Part shown: one piece after another, positions 35,829 to 47,958 of the stretch
Layout: each line of letters starts with the position of its first letter
Numbering within the stretch: the first letter of the stretch is position 1
Origin: Selaginella moellendorffii
Lineage: Eukaryota; Plantae; Lycopodiophyta
Length of the DNA: 64,000 nucleotides
Reading direction: 5' to 3'
Assembly (NCBI RefSeq): GCF_000143415.4
Contig: NW_003314380.1
Span: 20,924 to 84,923 of the forward strand
The notes under the pieces: generated by a model
Told to the model about the DNA's origin: nothing
The model's database searches: none
Seen by the model: only the letters and a program-made list of their open reading frames with translations
Program-made: the position numbers and the translations under genes

Positions 35829-36530
35829 ATGGCTGCCTTCTTGCTCCTCTTCCAGGGACTCCGGAGCTCTCTCCTCTTCGCGGTTCTCGTTCCGCTGCTC
35901 CTCGCCCTCGATTCCGAGGCCATCAGGTCGCGCGCGCCCAATATCTCCATGCGCTCGCTCTTTCTCGCTGTCAATCTCCTCGTCATCACACTGTTTGCGA
36001 TGGGCCGCGCTGCCCAGAACCCTGGCAGCGACCAATTGTCCAGAGCGCTCGTCGTCCACGACGACGCGAATGCCGCCATCCCGCACATCATACCGGAGGG
36101 CGGCAATGAATTTGACATCCTCGTCGTCTCTTCCTCTTCTTTCGGGGATTATCCGGGAGAGGAGCTCAAGGAGCTCGAGTTTTGCGGCGCCGGGGAATCT
36201 CTGGCTTTGGTCGTGACAAGCCAGGGCGATCCAGAGCTCCTGGACAGCAATCATTGCAGGGATATGGTGCCAGCCCCTTCGCTCTGCGATGAATTGCCGC
36301 CGGAGACGCCAGTGGAAGTGGAATCCCCTGTTGTAATTTCGCCCGGGAAGATCAAGAAGAAGGGCAAGAAGGCGAGGAAATCTCCTCCAGTGAGCAGCAA
36401 TCCGGGGCGCGGCACAAACGCGATGGTCACGGTGGGCGTCGATGGGCTGCTGGATTGCTCCATGGATGATTTCAACAGGGCATGCTCTGCCATCATCAAG
36501 CTCCATCGCAAAGAATGGCAATTGAGATGA
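35829..36530 (+). CDS. DUF4408/DUF761 (cotton-fibre-expressed)-like membrane protein, copy 1
   Basis: N-terminal TM segments with LFLAVNLLVITL; C-terminal LDCSMDDFNRACSAIIKLHRKEWQLR resembles the DUF761 helix. Confidence 0.65.
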   Translation: MAAFLLLFQGLRSSLLFAVLVPLLLALDSEAIRSRAPNISMRSLFLAVNLLVITLFAMGRAAQNPGSDQLSRALVVHDDANAAIPHIIPEGGNEFDILVVSSSSFGDYPGEELKELEFCGAGESLALVVTSQGDPELLDSNHCRDMVPAPSLCDELPPETPVEVESPVVISPGKIKKKGKKARKSPPVSSNPGRGTNAMVTVGVDGLLDCSMDDFNRACSAIIKLHRKEWQLR

Positions 36531-37152
36531 TCCAAATCCAAAGGAATATGGATCGTCGCGAAGAATCACGGGGCAAAGTTCCTTGTTCATTGTGTATAGA
36601 TATAAGTTTCCACAAATGCTGGACACTAAGAATGGTCTCTCAAAAAGATAAAAGATGCAAAAGAGATGAAGGTCGAATGTAAAGCGATTTTCACGGGTGA
36701 TTCCTTCCCAGCCAGCATAAAAACTAGAAAAATACGAGAGAATCTTTTGATGCCACCTTTAATTCTGGTGAGAGCAATGCAATGCAATTAAATTGGGGGA
36801 TTGAGACCTCGAGCTAATCTTTTCGACATCCTAGTGACCCGCTCGCTGCTCATGAGCGTTGATTAATCCCGAGGACTTTGGGACGAAGAAACCTGGGAAG
36901 ATCACCGCCGAGACTTTAGTCTCTGTTTTGTAGGCCCGTCAACTTGTTTGCTGAGCCAAGTTCTATAAAACTATGAAAAGTGTCGGGAACTTCCCAGATT
37001 TTGTCTGTTTTTGCCGCCAGGAGGAACATTCGCCTTGACTAAACCCTAGTCGAAACTTCAAACTATACACATGATCATAGAAGGTTCTTGACAAGTCACA
37101 AGATCATAGCATGTTCTTGGGGTATTTTTTCAGCTTTTGTTTTTGTTAGATC

Positions 37153-37950
37153 TCAACGGATTTGCCACTCCTGACGACGTAGCTTGATGATCGTCGAGCA
37201 TGCCTCGTTGAAATCTTCGATGGAGCAGCTGGACAAGCGACCAACATCGACTGTGGTGGCCGTCCCGAGTTCTCCATTACTGCTAATAACTTGATCACTA
37301 ACCTGTGCTAATTGTTTGTGATCCTGATGTTCTTCCAGTAGCTTTGGGATTGCTGCCGCTGCTTTCCTCTTCTTGATCGTGCTCTTCTTTGTTGTCTTCT
37401 TCGTCTTTGTTGATCTTGGTGGATCCTCGGCGATTTCTTGGTGGAAGGGAACGATGGCTTTGCAGATCTGGCGATTCTCGACCGGGAAAACGACCTCGGT
37501 CGTTATCAGGGCCAGAGAATCGTCGTAAGCGCCATCGTCTTCCTTTCCGGGATTATAACAGAGTTCCTCGCGGCCGTGATGGTCATCACGGGTTGGATGC
37601 GGAGTTAGCGGAGAAACATTCTCGCAGTAGAAAGCGGGAGAGGAGATGAAAAACACATCAGCATTGCTCGATCCATCGGCGGAATTGACATGGGCGACGA
37701 TCATGGGGTCGCGAACTACAATCGCCCTCTGCGATTCGAATTCTTCGCTGGGGATCGTGCCAGGACTGCCTCTAAAACTTGGGGTTGCGATCAGCAGCGA
37801 GAGAATTAGCAAATTCACGGCCAGGAACAAGAAGAATTTGGGGCTCCTGGACGCTAGATCGGCAAGATCAGGGGAGAAGGCTAGCAGGAGAAGAATCAGC
37901 AGCAGCCTACTGATCCCGATCGACTGGAAGAGAAGAACCACAAGGGTCAT
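37153..37950 (-). CDS. DUF4408/DUF761-like membrane protein, copy 2
   Basis: LFLAVNLLILSL and C-terminal LSSCSIEDFNEACSTIIKLRRQEWQIR; a clear paralogue of 35829-36530. ATG at 37950. Confidence 0.65.
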   Translation of the reverse strand: MTLVVLLFQSIGISRLLLILLLLAFSPDLADLASRSPKFFLFLAVNLLILSLLIATPSFRGSPGTIPSEEFESQRAIVVRDPMIVAHVNSADGSSNADVFFISSPAFYCENVSPLTPHPTRDDHHGREELCYNPGKEDDGAYDDSLALITTEVVFPVENRQICKAIVPFHQEIAEDPPRSTKTKKTTKKSTIKKRKAAAAIPKLLEEHQDHKQLAQVSDQVISSNGELGTATTVDVGRLSSCSIEDFNEACSTIIKLRRQEWQIR

Positions 37951-39681
37951 GACTTCCCTAGACAACACGATCTTGCTACGATCCCCGCAAGAGCCCTAAA
38001 TCGCGAGGAAAGGCTACATTTATAAAACCACTTGCAGCCTTCGTGAAATCCACGCTACTGGAGAGCATTTGCGCGTGCCGAATCTTATTGTACCCGGGAG
38101 CATATTCGCCAATCCACTTGAAAATAGTAAATCCTCCGTACCGTTGTCTGCCGTACGAAACTTTCCCGTTGCCAAGGATATGCCCCACGCCCTCGCGAAT
38201 ATCCCCCTTTAGGGCTTTTAAACATTCTCGTGGGGCCTAGGTCAAAATATTTGGTAGGGTCGCAGGAGGAGCACGGATGCCTGGCGCGTCAATCAGGAAG
38301 GAGCAGCGCAGCTACGGAGAATGGATCCAAATCTCTCTCGCAGCTCCTGGTGAGTGATCGTCCTTGCCCTGATCCTTTCACCAGTAACATAGGTCCTCTC
38401 TATGTGTTTCCTAGTCATGCCTTAGATTTCCACCCTAGATTTTATGGCTCTGCGAGTAAGCAGTGGTCTTGAAGCTCTTGTTCTTTCGTATTTCTTCCTC
38501 CCTCCTCTTTGAGTGCTTGCATTTTTTATAGCGAGGGCGCTAAGTACGTGGGCTTCTTTGGATGGTACTGCATTCATTTGTGGAGGAAGTCATGGATCTT
38601 CTTACATGCAAAGCCTGCGTTCTTTCTTTTCTTTTCTCTTGCGATTCTTCTCGTCATTTATGGCTCTTCAATGGATGCTTTATGCTGCCTGCTGCTCCCG
38701 CCTGATCTGCTGACTGCACTTGGCTTCTTCATCGTCTCGTTTCTTACAAGTCATGTGTTGTGTGGGGTGCGCTATCTTTAAGCCCAGTCTATCCTGTGTC
38801 TCCTGGTCCTTTTTTATATGATTTCTCGTCGCGATGTCGAGAAGTTGTTTATAGTATTTGGGGAGAGCCAATGTTGCTTTCCGAGCGAGAACAACATCTA
38901 GGCGGCCCCGGCCTCTTTAACTTTCAGCCCGTCTCTGATAAGGTTGGTTTCCGTGTTCCGCTATGCTGGCTGAAAGTGTATGGCTTGCTTTCTCTTTTAC
39001 AAATCTATCCACAACGTAGCTGTCGGGTCTTGCCTCTATTTCTCTGTCACTGTTCCGTGACAGTATGTTACAGTCTTAGTTTTTTTTGTTTTCCTCCCTC
39101 TGAGTGCTTAAATGACCCTCTGAGTATGGTTTTTGTTTTCTAGTCTATCGTTTCAACACAGTGTGGTCAGCGGTGTGATTCGACCGAGGGGTTAACACTG
39201 GTTAGCTACTGCGTTGGAGTTTTGCCAGGCGGTGTCTGCTGTCTGCTTTCTCCTAGCACGCACTCGGTACACAGGTTCTTCCTTTATATTCTTCGTTTTC
39301 GATTCCACCCTGAATCATCCTGGCATTTCTTCTTCCTCGTGCCCTCCTCCTTCTCCTTCCTCTCCTCTGTTCTCCAAGTTCAGGGGACTGGTTGCTTTGG
39401 GGGATTTGATTTTTCTGCTCTGGTTTCCTGTGGTCCTGCACTTTGTCTACATCTCCATCCTTTGTAAGTTTCTTCGCTAGTTATCTGTTCAAATGTCCCA
39501 GCCTAGAGGGTCGGCTGTAGGCTTCACTTTTTGAAGTGTAGTCTGGAAGCCGAGATCCTTGTTTGCTTCTGCTACATTGCAAATATAAGCCACAGTCCTC
39601 CCTTGAGATCTCTCAGCGCTCGAGTTCTTCTCTCCTTTTCCCTTTGCTTTAATCAGACAGAGTTCTTTTTACCTCCGCTAC

Positions 39682-40512
39682 ATGGAATTTGGTGACAACA
39701 AGAAGTCTTGCTTCGTGTCGGACACCTGCGGAGGAATTCCATGTCTGAAGCAGGTTGCCATACTCTGGTCCTTGATGGCCGTGTTAGTCGTCACCATGGA
39801 TCTTCTCTCCTTTTCGGGGCTTCTCCCATTTCCCGGTGGGTACACATTTCCTGTTATTGCTTTTCTATACTTCACTCTGGGCCAACGAATGTGGTCTATC
39901 ATCGCAACGCTTGGCAACTGCCTCACTCCCGCGGTCTTGTTCCTCCTCATGAACGTGATGATCGTCGCCATACTTCTCTCGTCCGGCTGCTTCTCTAGAG
40001 ACGACATGTCTAATCTTCTCCCTGTTGCAGCGCCAGCCTCCGGTAGCTTCCAGGATCATCAAGCCCCTCCCGCCAGCGACGATGACAAGCACAAGGCCGC
40101 AATTGCAACGAAGTCCCGGAACTTAACCCGTTCTTCCTCGGCAACGGGCGCTACGACTAAAGTCAAAGCTGCGAAGAAAATGAAGAGGCAGTACTCGGCT
40201 CCCAGTCCGTCGAGGTCCAGACTCCAAGACGAGCTCGAGCTCCGGGAAGAGGAGAAGCAGCAGCAGCAGCAGGTTGAGCAAGAGTCGTGCTATAACAAAG
40301 AGGAGGATCAGTGGCACCACCACCAGCACCATCATTCATCCAGCCTGATCATCATGGAGCTCCCGGCCGAGGCAGCGGGCAGTGGCAAGGCATACAGCAG
40401 CAACCTCATGACTTGCGACCAGGACGTTTTCAACGAGATAATCGGGAATTACATCGATAAGTTCAAGCAGGATATGCGACAGCAGGAGATGATCCCTGCT
40501 CGCGGCTGGTGA
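39682..40512 (+). CDS. DUF4408/DUF761-like membrane protein, copy 3 (more canonical)
   Basis: LTPAVLFLLMNVMIVAILLSSG (DUF4408-like) and DQDVFNEIIGNYIDKFKQDMRQQ (DUF761-like). Confidence 0.75.
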   Translation: MEFGDNKKSCFVSDTCGGIPCLKQVAILWSLMAVLVVTMDLLSFSGLLPFPGGYTFPVIAFLYFTLGQRMWSIIATLGNCLTPAVLFLLMNVMIVAILLSSGCFSRDDMSNLLPVAAPASGSFQDHQAPPASDDDKHKAAIATKSRNLTRSSSATGATTKVKAAKKMKRQYSAPSPSRSRLQDELELREEEKQQQQQVEQESCYNKEEDQWHHHQHHHSSSLIIMELPAEAAGSGKAYSSNLMTCDQDVFNEIIGNYIDKFKQDMRQQEMIPARGW

Positions 40513-42686
40513 GTTTGCAAATGTGAGGTCTCAACTCGGCGTCTCGGGCTCCTCGAGCTGTAAAGTTTCCTATGTTCTTGGGGAAGAACGAGGCTTCGTC
40601 GCATAGCCAAAGGAGCCGAATTAAAAATTTTGGCACTGTACAGTATAAGTGAGTCTTTTGCTGTGGTACAGATTGTTGGGACTTTCCATGTACATCATAC
40701 TAAGGGAAAATTTATAGGTTTTGTTTGTGTATTGGTTGATGTTTCTGGCTTCCGGAATCTTTTGATTTTCGGTCTGCCCAAAGTTGTAACTTTGATCTTT
40801 TGTGGCTTGTTCAACACTGTTGCTTTGATTGAGGGAAATGTCACAACCACAGCCCTAGATGGCTAGATTCTTCCTGTCAGAAAAAATGGAGGTGGTCAAA
40901 AAGCTCCATGGTGATTAGTAAAAATATAGTCACCTATAGTGGGTTTGTTGGATGTTGTTGAGCTACTTGTTGTTGCTTGGATTGATGACACTTTGCAAAC
41001 CCCACTTACAAGAGAGGGAGACATGAGCAATTGAGTGATTGATCAGTAAAAAACACCCAAACAAGAGGAAGTGGTGTAAGATCATGCTCTCACCTCTAGA
41101 GGCCTACAAAGAAATCCACTCTACACACAACCTATGAGTGGGGGTTGTCTCTTTGCCTGGGAACCTACTTCCTGTTTGTAAGATTTCCATTTGACAATGT
41201 CCAAAATGGTCCATTAACAAGCATGACATACATATACTGGTGGGATTTTGTTTATTTTGTTTCTTGATTTGATTTGACAAGACCTGGGATACAGGATGAT
41301 ACAGGTGAAAGGCAAACAACAAAGAGAAAAAACAAGCCACCTCTCTTCTCTACTATAGCCAGCCACCACCAGGATAAGCACAAACATGTGTGTGTCTGTG
41401 TGTGTTGTTGGTCCTCAAGGCTTTCATTGCAAAGTTTCCATCACACATACTACTACTAGTGAAGCTATATGGCTACAAACACTGTGCATGTAGTAGCTAT
41501 ACCTCAAGTTTCTTGAACCTTGCTCCCCACATTGGACTCAGGGAAAGCTGCATGAAGAAAGAGAAGATGAGAAAGGAAAAAAGGAGACAAGCTTATCTAG
41601 AACATTGTCAATTGTGGTCCAAAGCTCCCCTGCCCTGGCCTTGATTTGCTCCTAGTTTGAGGAATTCTACCTAGTGCTGTCCAGAAAGAAGAATAAGGAT
41701 CTGATGGTTGAATTGAGCGGCCAAGCTCTGCCTATGATTCACAAATCATCCAAGCCTATCAACCAAGGCTGGTCCTTCCTAGTTCAACTTGAAGTGGAAT
41801 ATTTACGTACGCGTACTTTGGCCTAGAATTGAATGGAGAGTACTGAGACAGACCTGGAGTACTACAGACAAACTCCCCCACGTGAACCAACATTGCTAGC
41901 TACAAACATTTAGTTCAAGAAGTTCTCCTTTTTTTTTCAGTTTTTTTTAAAAATCTGTTTCTTTTCTTTTCCTTGTTGACTTGGTGAAAAATAAAGGATC
42001 AAAAAAAGTTGTAGAGCACTGAATTGCTTTGCTGTGGTGAGAGAATACAACTCCAGGGGAGGATGTTTTCATTCCCCAAAGAGCTTTGCTTTTCCACTTT
42101 TATCAAAGGCTTCTTTTTCTTCTCTTGCTTCGTTTCTCTCTTTCCTGTATGATTTAAAGTTGGAACTCAAGTAGAACTGACACTCTCGGGTGAAAGGAAT
42201 GAAAGCTTTGCGGCTAGCACTGCACAGATCTAGTACAGATCATCCGATGCTTTTCAGAGGAAAAAAAAATGCAAGTAGCCACAGAGAAAGAAGCCACACG
42301 TCTACCACAAAAACTCGCTCACTCACTCACCTATGGTAGTGAATAATCATGGCACTTACCCGAAGATTCGTAGCGTCTCTTTCCACGTTGAGCTAAAGTA
42401 CCTTGTCCAAGTGAGTGTCAAATGATTCGATGGCTTTCGCAATAAGCGCGATCCCATAAACAGTGAGTGAGTGGTGTCTTGTCGCGCATTTCTTCCATCG
42501 TGAAAAGCACTCTATCTGAACGAACAGTTCAAGATCATAAGAACCTCCAGCAAAAGAATTAAAGCCTCGTCTTTTTCTCGCCTGGGGCCGATCAGCACGA
42601 TCGTAGAAACGTAAAGCGATGGCGCGCAATCTTCGTTGTTTATACAGGCAAATCGGTCAGGAGCACAAAACAAGGAAGAAAAGATT

Positions 42687-44683
42687 TCACTTGAAAACCA
42701 CTGCACGAACCCGTCTTGTAGGATGCTGTTTACGAACACTCACCACCCTCCTTACTTCTTCCATCATCAATGGCTTGATCTTGTTGGACTCGATGATCGC
42801 TTGGACCTCCTTCCGCTCGATCGTAAGTGGGTAATTCTTGGCCGCCACGGCTGCGCTCTTCTCCTCCTCCTGTAGAACCAGATCTTTGCTGCCACTTGCA
42901 GAGCTTGCAAGCGGCAATGGAGCCCGTCCGGTTTCGAGTAGCACTGGATCCCTCTCAACCACTTGTTTGATTTGGGACTGTGTTAGTTGAATGAACATCC
43001 CAGAACTGCAATGCAAGGGACGCAAAACTAAACAAACAAAACAAAAATGCACTGCAGTACCTTAGCTTGGAAGGGAGACGCAGTCCACCGACGCGAACTC
43101 TTTTGAGAGCATGAACCTGGTGGAACAACCAGTCAGGCAGTTGCAAGAGGAATACAGAAGTTCATATACCTTGAGAAATGCACTCTCTACCAGCTGCCGT
43201 ACCTCGTGATTTCGTCCTTCCGTAACCTGCAAGTTCCAGCTTAGTCAGATGAAAAGCCAGGGAATCCAACTGGACTTACGACAACACGTATTCTATGCCT
43301 GCTATCTCCTGGCTCCGACTTTACAAGCTCGACGGAGATTGGGACGCACATAACCCCGTCAATCTCTGTTCCACTTGCTATTCTTTTTAGTTGCCTCTTT
43401 GTGACACTTTCATTATCCACAGTAACAAGATACCTGCACAACAGCTGTATGAGCTCTTTTTCATTTTGTAAGATCTTACTCTTTTGTGATACCCGACGAT
43501 GGATGCGAAACCTTTTGAGCAAATTCACCTGTTTCAGTCGTAAGCATGAGAGATTCTTCTCAATTCTTTGCTTTCTTACCGTCATTCGTAACGAATATAA
43601 GACCAGTTGTGGCAACATCTAAGCGACCGACTGTAAAGAATCTAGGCTTTGTTAGTCCCGGGTTATTTTTTTCCTGCAAATACAAAGGATTAAACGACAA
43701 ACTCCGAATCGAAATACACTAACCCATGTCTTAAGGTACTTTTCAAGTAGTAAGTAGACTGTTTTCTTGTCATCCTTGGCATCAGAGCAAATGTAGCTAC
43801 ACATGGTATCAAACATTGAGAACTCTAGCATCTGGTGACAATAACAGCTCACCCTTTTGGTTTGTACAGAGCGAAAACCATTTTTGGAGGCAGCCTCCGA
43901 GGAATTGGCTTCCCGTCAATGTATATAAGATCTTTCAGTGGATCTACATGAGTCTGTCAGAGCATATGTCACTACCTTCAAAGTCAATCGAAATAAAGAA
44001 AAGACAGACCTCGGGTGTCCTGCAAACTTTACCATTCACAACAACCTTGCCAGCAAATATGATCTCTTCGCAAGCACGCCTCGATGCCACTGCAAGGTAG
44101 ATAGTTATAAACGTGGCTAGAGAGTGAGGAAAAAAAGCAGAAGAAAAAAAATCTAGTCACCTCCAGCAGCCGCCATAACTTTGCTCAATCTTTCAGCTTT
44201 CCGGAATCTCATGTTGAAGAACCTCCTAGCAGCTTTGGAGAACTTTGGCTCTGGAGTCGGCACCTTTTTCACCTTGGGAGAACGTATATCTTTCTTCTTG
44301 AGCTCCTCCTCTTTCTTTGGAACCTTAGCGACAGCTTTCTTCTTTTCCTTCACTTCCTTCACGCCAGACCCCGCATTCCCAGCGTCCTCCGCGTCCTTGA
44401 CGACGATATTCCCGTGAGCGTCCTTGCCTATAATCTTCCCGGAAGTGCTCAATGCAATCAATGCTGCCAATCCTTCGAGCGGATTCGCAAAGGGCGTCTG
44501 GTAATCCACTGCCGGCGGGGGAGCTTTCGAGCTGCTTACCTCGCTCGTCCCGCAGCATCGCACCAGAAGCCCCCATCTCTGGCTCCGGGAGCTCCAAATC
44601 CCGGTTCTCCGAGCGTGGCACAGCAGTGTAAATCCACGCGCGACAGGAGAAACCCTGGACAGCCCTGGAATGGGCAGCATCAT
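42687..44683 (-). CDS. SVR1: Plastid rRNA pseudouridine synthase (RsuA/RluB family, SVR1-like), multi-exon
   Basis: Transit peptide; S4 domain ERLSKVMAAAGVASRRACEEII; catalytic RLFTVGRLDVATTGLILVTND; VTEGRNHEVR; LKRVRVGGL. Confidence 0.88.
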
Positions 44684-44689
44684 CGCTCC

Positions 44690-44866
44690 TACCCAGTGTG
44701 CATTCTCGAGGAACCCTAAAACAGGTAAACCCTTAAACTAAAACCCTAATTCTTAACACAAAGTGCCACCTGGCAGCACTACAGAGTGCCACGTGGTATT
44801 CCACATTGTCCTAAAAAGCCCTAAATATTCGTCTCCTCTTTCCTCTTCGCGTGAAACTAGAGGAGC
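44690..44866. promoter_or_regulatory. Bidirectional promoter with telo-box-like AAACCCTAA motifs and a G-box
   Basis: AACCCTAA, AAACCCTT and AAACCCTAA at ~44712-44749; GCCACGTGG at ~44788; 183 bp between divergent ATGs. Confidence 0.6.
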
Positions 44867-45888
44867 ATGCTAGGGCATTCAATGGACGAAGAGGATGACG
44901 GCATCGTGGAGTCCAACGGCTGCGATGGGCCAGGGCTCGCTGGGCCGATCCTCATTGTGGGGAACTACTGCCACGACACGATCATCACTCGATCCTCGCG
45001 CACCGATACCCTGGGCGGATCGGCGGGTTACCTGGTGAATGTCCTCGACGCTCTTGGCGTGGAATCGGAGGTAATCTCCAAGGTCGGCCCGGATTTCGCC
45101 TATCGGTCTAGGGTATCGCATCCGCCAGTGGTTGTCGAGCGATCGGCGACGACGCACTTCGTGGCGGATTACACAGGCGCCGAGGATGAAGATCGCGTGC
45201 TGCGAGCGGTCAAGATGTGCGATCCAATTGTCTCGTCGGATTTCGGCGGCGCTCGGCGGAGCCGCTATGGGATCGGCCTGGCAGCGGGCGTCGCCGGCGA
45301 GATTCTGCCCGAGGCGCTGGAGAGGATTATCAAGCTGTGCGATCGGGTGATCGTGGATCTCCAGGCGCTCATCCGGCTCATCGATCCGGTGACGGGAGTG
45401 GTCAAATATCGCAAGCTCGAGGACACGGAGTTCTATGGGATGCTAGACAGGGTTTCTTTCGTCAAGGCGGCCCAGTCCGAGGCCAAGTACATCGATCTGG
45501 AGAACGCTCGCCAAAAGACGTGTGTGATCGTCACAAACGGTGACAAAGGCAGCACGGTCTACATCAAGAGCAACGAGTATCACGTCCCGGCGTTTCCGGC
45601 GAGCGAGCTCGATCCAACTGGTGCTGGAGATAGTTTCTTGGGTGGATTCACTGCGGGGCTCTATCGAGGCCTGTCCGTCGAGAAGGCTGTGGTGGTGGGG
45701 AATTATTTTGGAGCGCTCGCTGTGTCTCATGTGGGAATTCCTACGCTCACGCAGTTCCAAGTCAAGGTAATGCTGTTTCTTTTTCCTCTAGGATCTAGCT
45801 TCTCTTCGTTTGATCTTGTCTGGGCTTTTGTTCTTCGGTGTAGGATTCAGATAAACTTTTTTCTGGCAACGATTGTAGGCTTGCCTGA
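44867..45888 (+). CDS. MIK: pfkB-family myo-inositol kinase (MIK/lpa3-like)
   Basis: LIVGNYCHD, TLGGSA, GVAGEILPE, VDLQALIR and pfkB signature DPTGAGDSFLGG. Donor at ~45767; last exon uncertain. Confidence 0.88.
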
Positions 45889-46290
45889 GCAACCTTTGCT
45901 ACAGCGGCATAGTACAATTCTTATTTTTTCTTGATCCAGAAGAATTCCAGATATACAGCAGGCAATAAACATAAGAGAGGGGCTTATGATTCTCCTCACG
46001 ACAGCGTAAGGTTGCAATGATGTTTGCGATGATCTTTGCTAATCACTGTATGTTGACTAAGCCATAGCTCGAAAGAAGGTGAGCGAGAGTAAAGCTTATG
46101 CTCGAGTTACACGTGAAGGAAACTTCCATTTTCACTATATCATACATTCAAGAAACAAAACCAAAGACGCACAAAGCACAGGTATGGTTTCTGTTACAGA
46201 TTGACTCTTTTCCAGACTCGCAAAGTTTTGTAACTTCGATCGATCGTCGTCAAAGGTTCTATACTCCTTTTCTTTTTATTTCTTGGGCTC

Positions 46291-47190
46291 CTAGTACTGA
46301 GCTTGCTTCGTGATCGGTTTCATAGGTATGGAGCTCCCATTACTGGACTCGATGTCCACAACTGGCAGATGTTCGTAGCCACCACCACTGCTTCTCCTCC
46401 TGGCGACTCCACAGTAGAGAAACGAGCTCACCACCATCGCCACCAGGAGGTGACAGATAAAAGCCAGGTCCACGAGCGAGAAGGCCCGAGCTCTAGCTTC
46501 CTCGAGATCACACTTGGTGCTTCCTCCAACTCCTCGCGGAAGATCCAGCAGCTGGTGGCAGCCCTCCGGCGTGAAGCTCTTGACGAAGAGCGTCAAGCCT
46601 GACTGCACGAGCCACGATCCCTGCAGAAGGATCGACTCGGTCAACACCAGATCGGCGAGGATGGCAGTGGGTTTCCAGGCCAGCAGCGCCGCTGAGATCG
46701 AGCACGCCGCCGCGAGGTTGGAGAGGATGGCATTGCATTTCCCCTCAAGATCCTGGCCGTGCTGGGACAGAACCATCCACTCGATCCCAAACGCTACCGC
46801 GGAGAGGAGGAAGGCTGCTTCGGCGGGGAGTGGAAGCCACAGCGTCGTGTCACTGACGAGCAGCACGACGACGAGGAACAGGAAGCCGAGGAGCATGGCG
46901 GCGCGCTGGAAGTCGACGACCCGGGTGTTGGGGGCGCCGATCTGGAGGAGGGCCTGGAAATCGGTGGAGGCGGCCAGCTCGTAGACAATGGCGATGGGAA
47001 GAGCGAGGAGGAGGATGTAGAGCTCGAGGTGCTTGATCCGGCCGCGGAGGCCGGCGACCGGGTGCCATAGCCTGGCGGAGTAGTCGCGGGGCGAGCGAAT
47101 GTAGGTGGAGATCGCGCGGAGCTGGTGCCAGAAGCCGATGGCGATGAGAAAGATACCTGGTAGAGCGTGGGCAGCGAGCGTCCCCCCCAT
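46291..47190 (-). CDS. DUF716/TMEM45-like multipass membrane protein
   Basis: MGGTLAAHALPGIFLIAIGFWH, LQGSWLVQSG and PEGC; about 7 TM segments; intronless. Confidence 0.88.
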   Translation of the reverse strand: MGGTLAAHALPGIFLIAIGFWHQLRAISTYIRSPRDYSARLWHPVAGLRGRIKHLELYILLLALPIAIVYELAASTDFQALLQIGAPNTRVVDFQRAAMLLGFLFLVVVLLVSDTTLWLPLPAEAAFLLSAVAFGIEWMVLSQHGQDLEGKCNAILSNLAAACSISAALLAWKPTAILADLVLTESILLQGSWLVQSGLTLFVKSFTPEGCHQLLDLPRGVGGSTKCDLEEARARAFSLVDLAFICHLLVAMVVSSFLYCGVARRRSSGGGYEHLPVVDIESSNGSSIPMKPITKQAQY

Positions 47191-47484
47191 GGCGCCGAGC
47201 GAGAAGAGCCCTAGATTAAAACACGCTTAAGAAAATGGACGTTTAAGTGTGACTGACTAAACTCGATGGGGAGCTTAGCCAAGCCATAGTATAATTTCAC
47301 GAAACATGACCATTGTCTGAGGTACCATCGATTAAATCAAGATATCACAAGCTCTTCAGAGTTGCTGCATGGAGAAGAAAAGGCCAAAAAACTTATATGT
47401 GATACGTGTCAGCTGCTCGCCAAACTCAATGCAAAGTTGTGGTGCAAGACTAGTAAAAAAGCCGATTTTTTGTTTGTAGAAAGA

Positions 47485-47700
47485 GTGTTCTGACAAATGA
47501 AACCAACCTTTTAACAAAGGAATAAGTCCTGTGCATTTGCCTTAACAGGGGATATGCTGCCTGCATTGAGTTCTTTTCACTGAAGAATATAACCTGTTTG
47601 CCTTAATAGGAGAATTGCTGCATTGCGCTCTTCTCATTAAAACATCCTACCAATTTTTCTTTCACAAGAGTTGGCTGATTGATTGCAATGAGCTGTTGCT
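47485..47700 (-). pseudogene. Decayed tandem duplicate of the GDSL gene 3' end and 3' UTR
   Basis: TCCTGTGCATTTGCCTTAACA, CTTTCACA.GAGTTGGC and TTGCAATGAGCTG recur in the same order at ~47887-48010. Confidence 0.65.
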
Positions 47701-47958
47701 GTTCTTTTTATTACATCCAAACATATAACTTGAATCGATACACCTCAATGTCTATCTCATGCTTGGTGCTGCGAGACCATGTAAACAGTATATGAATGAA
47801 TCTAGATCCTGTACAGTTTTAAACAATACATGAATGAATGAAAGCGGCAAGAGGTGATTCTGCTTCACACCCAACCCAAGAACAAATCCTGTGCATTTGC
47901 CTTAACAACAAAGGATCATCCTCTTTTCATTAATATATCCTACACAGAGCTCTCTCTT

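Noticed and set aside
38671-38781. Short hydrophobic ORF MDALCCLLLPP..., faintly PMP3-like
   Set aside because: T-rich DNA naturally yields hydrophobic ORFs, and the other PMP3 motifs are absent.
41524-41640. miR319-like TTGGACTCAGGGAAAGCT and snRNA USE-like TCCCCACATTG
   Set aside because: Too many mismatches, no complementary star arm, and no correctly spaced TATA or snRNA body.
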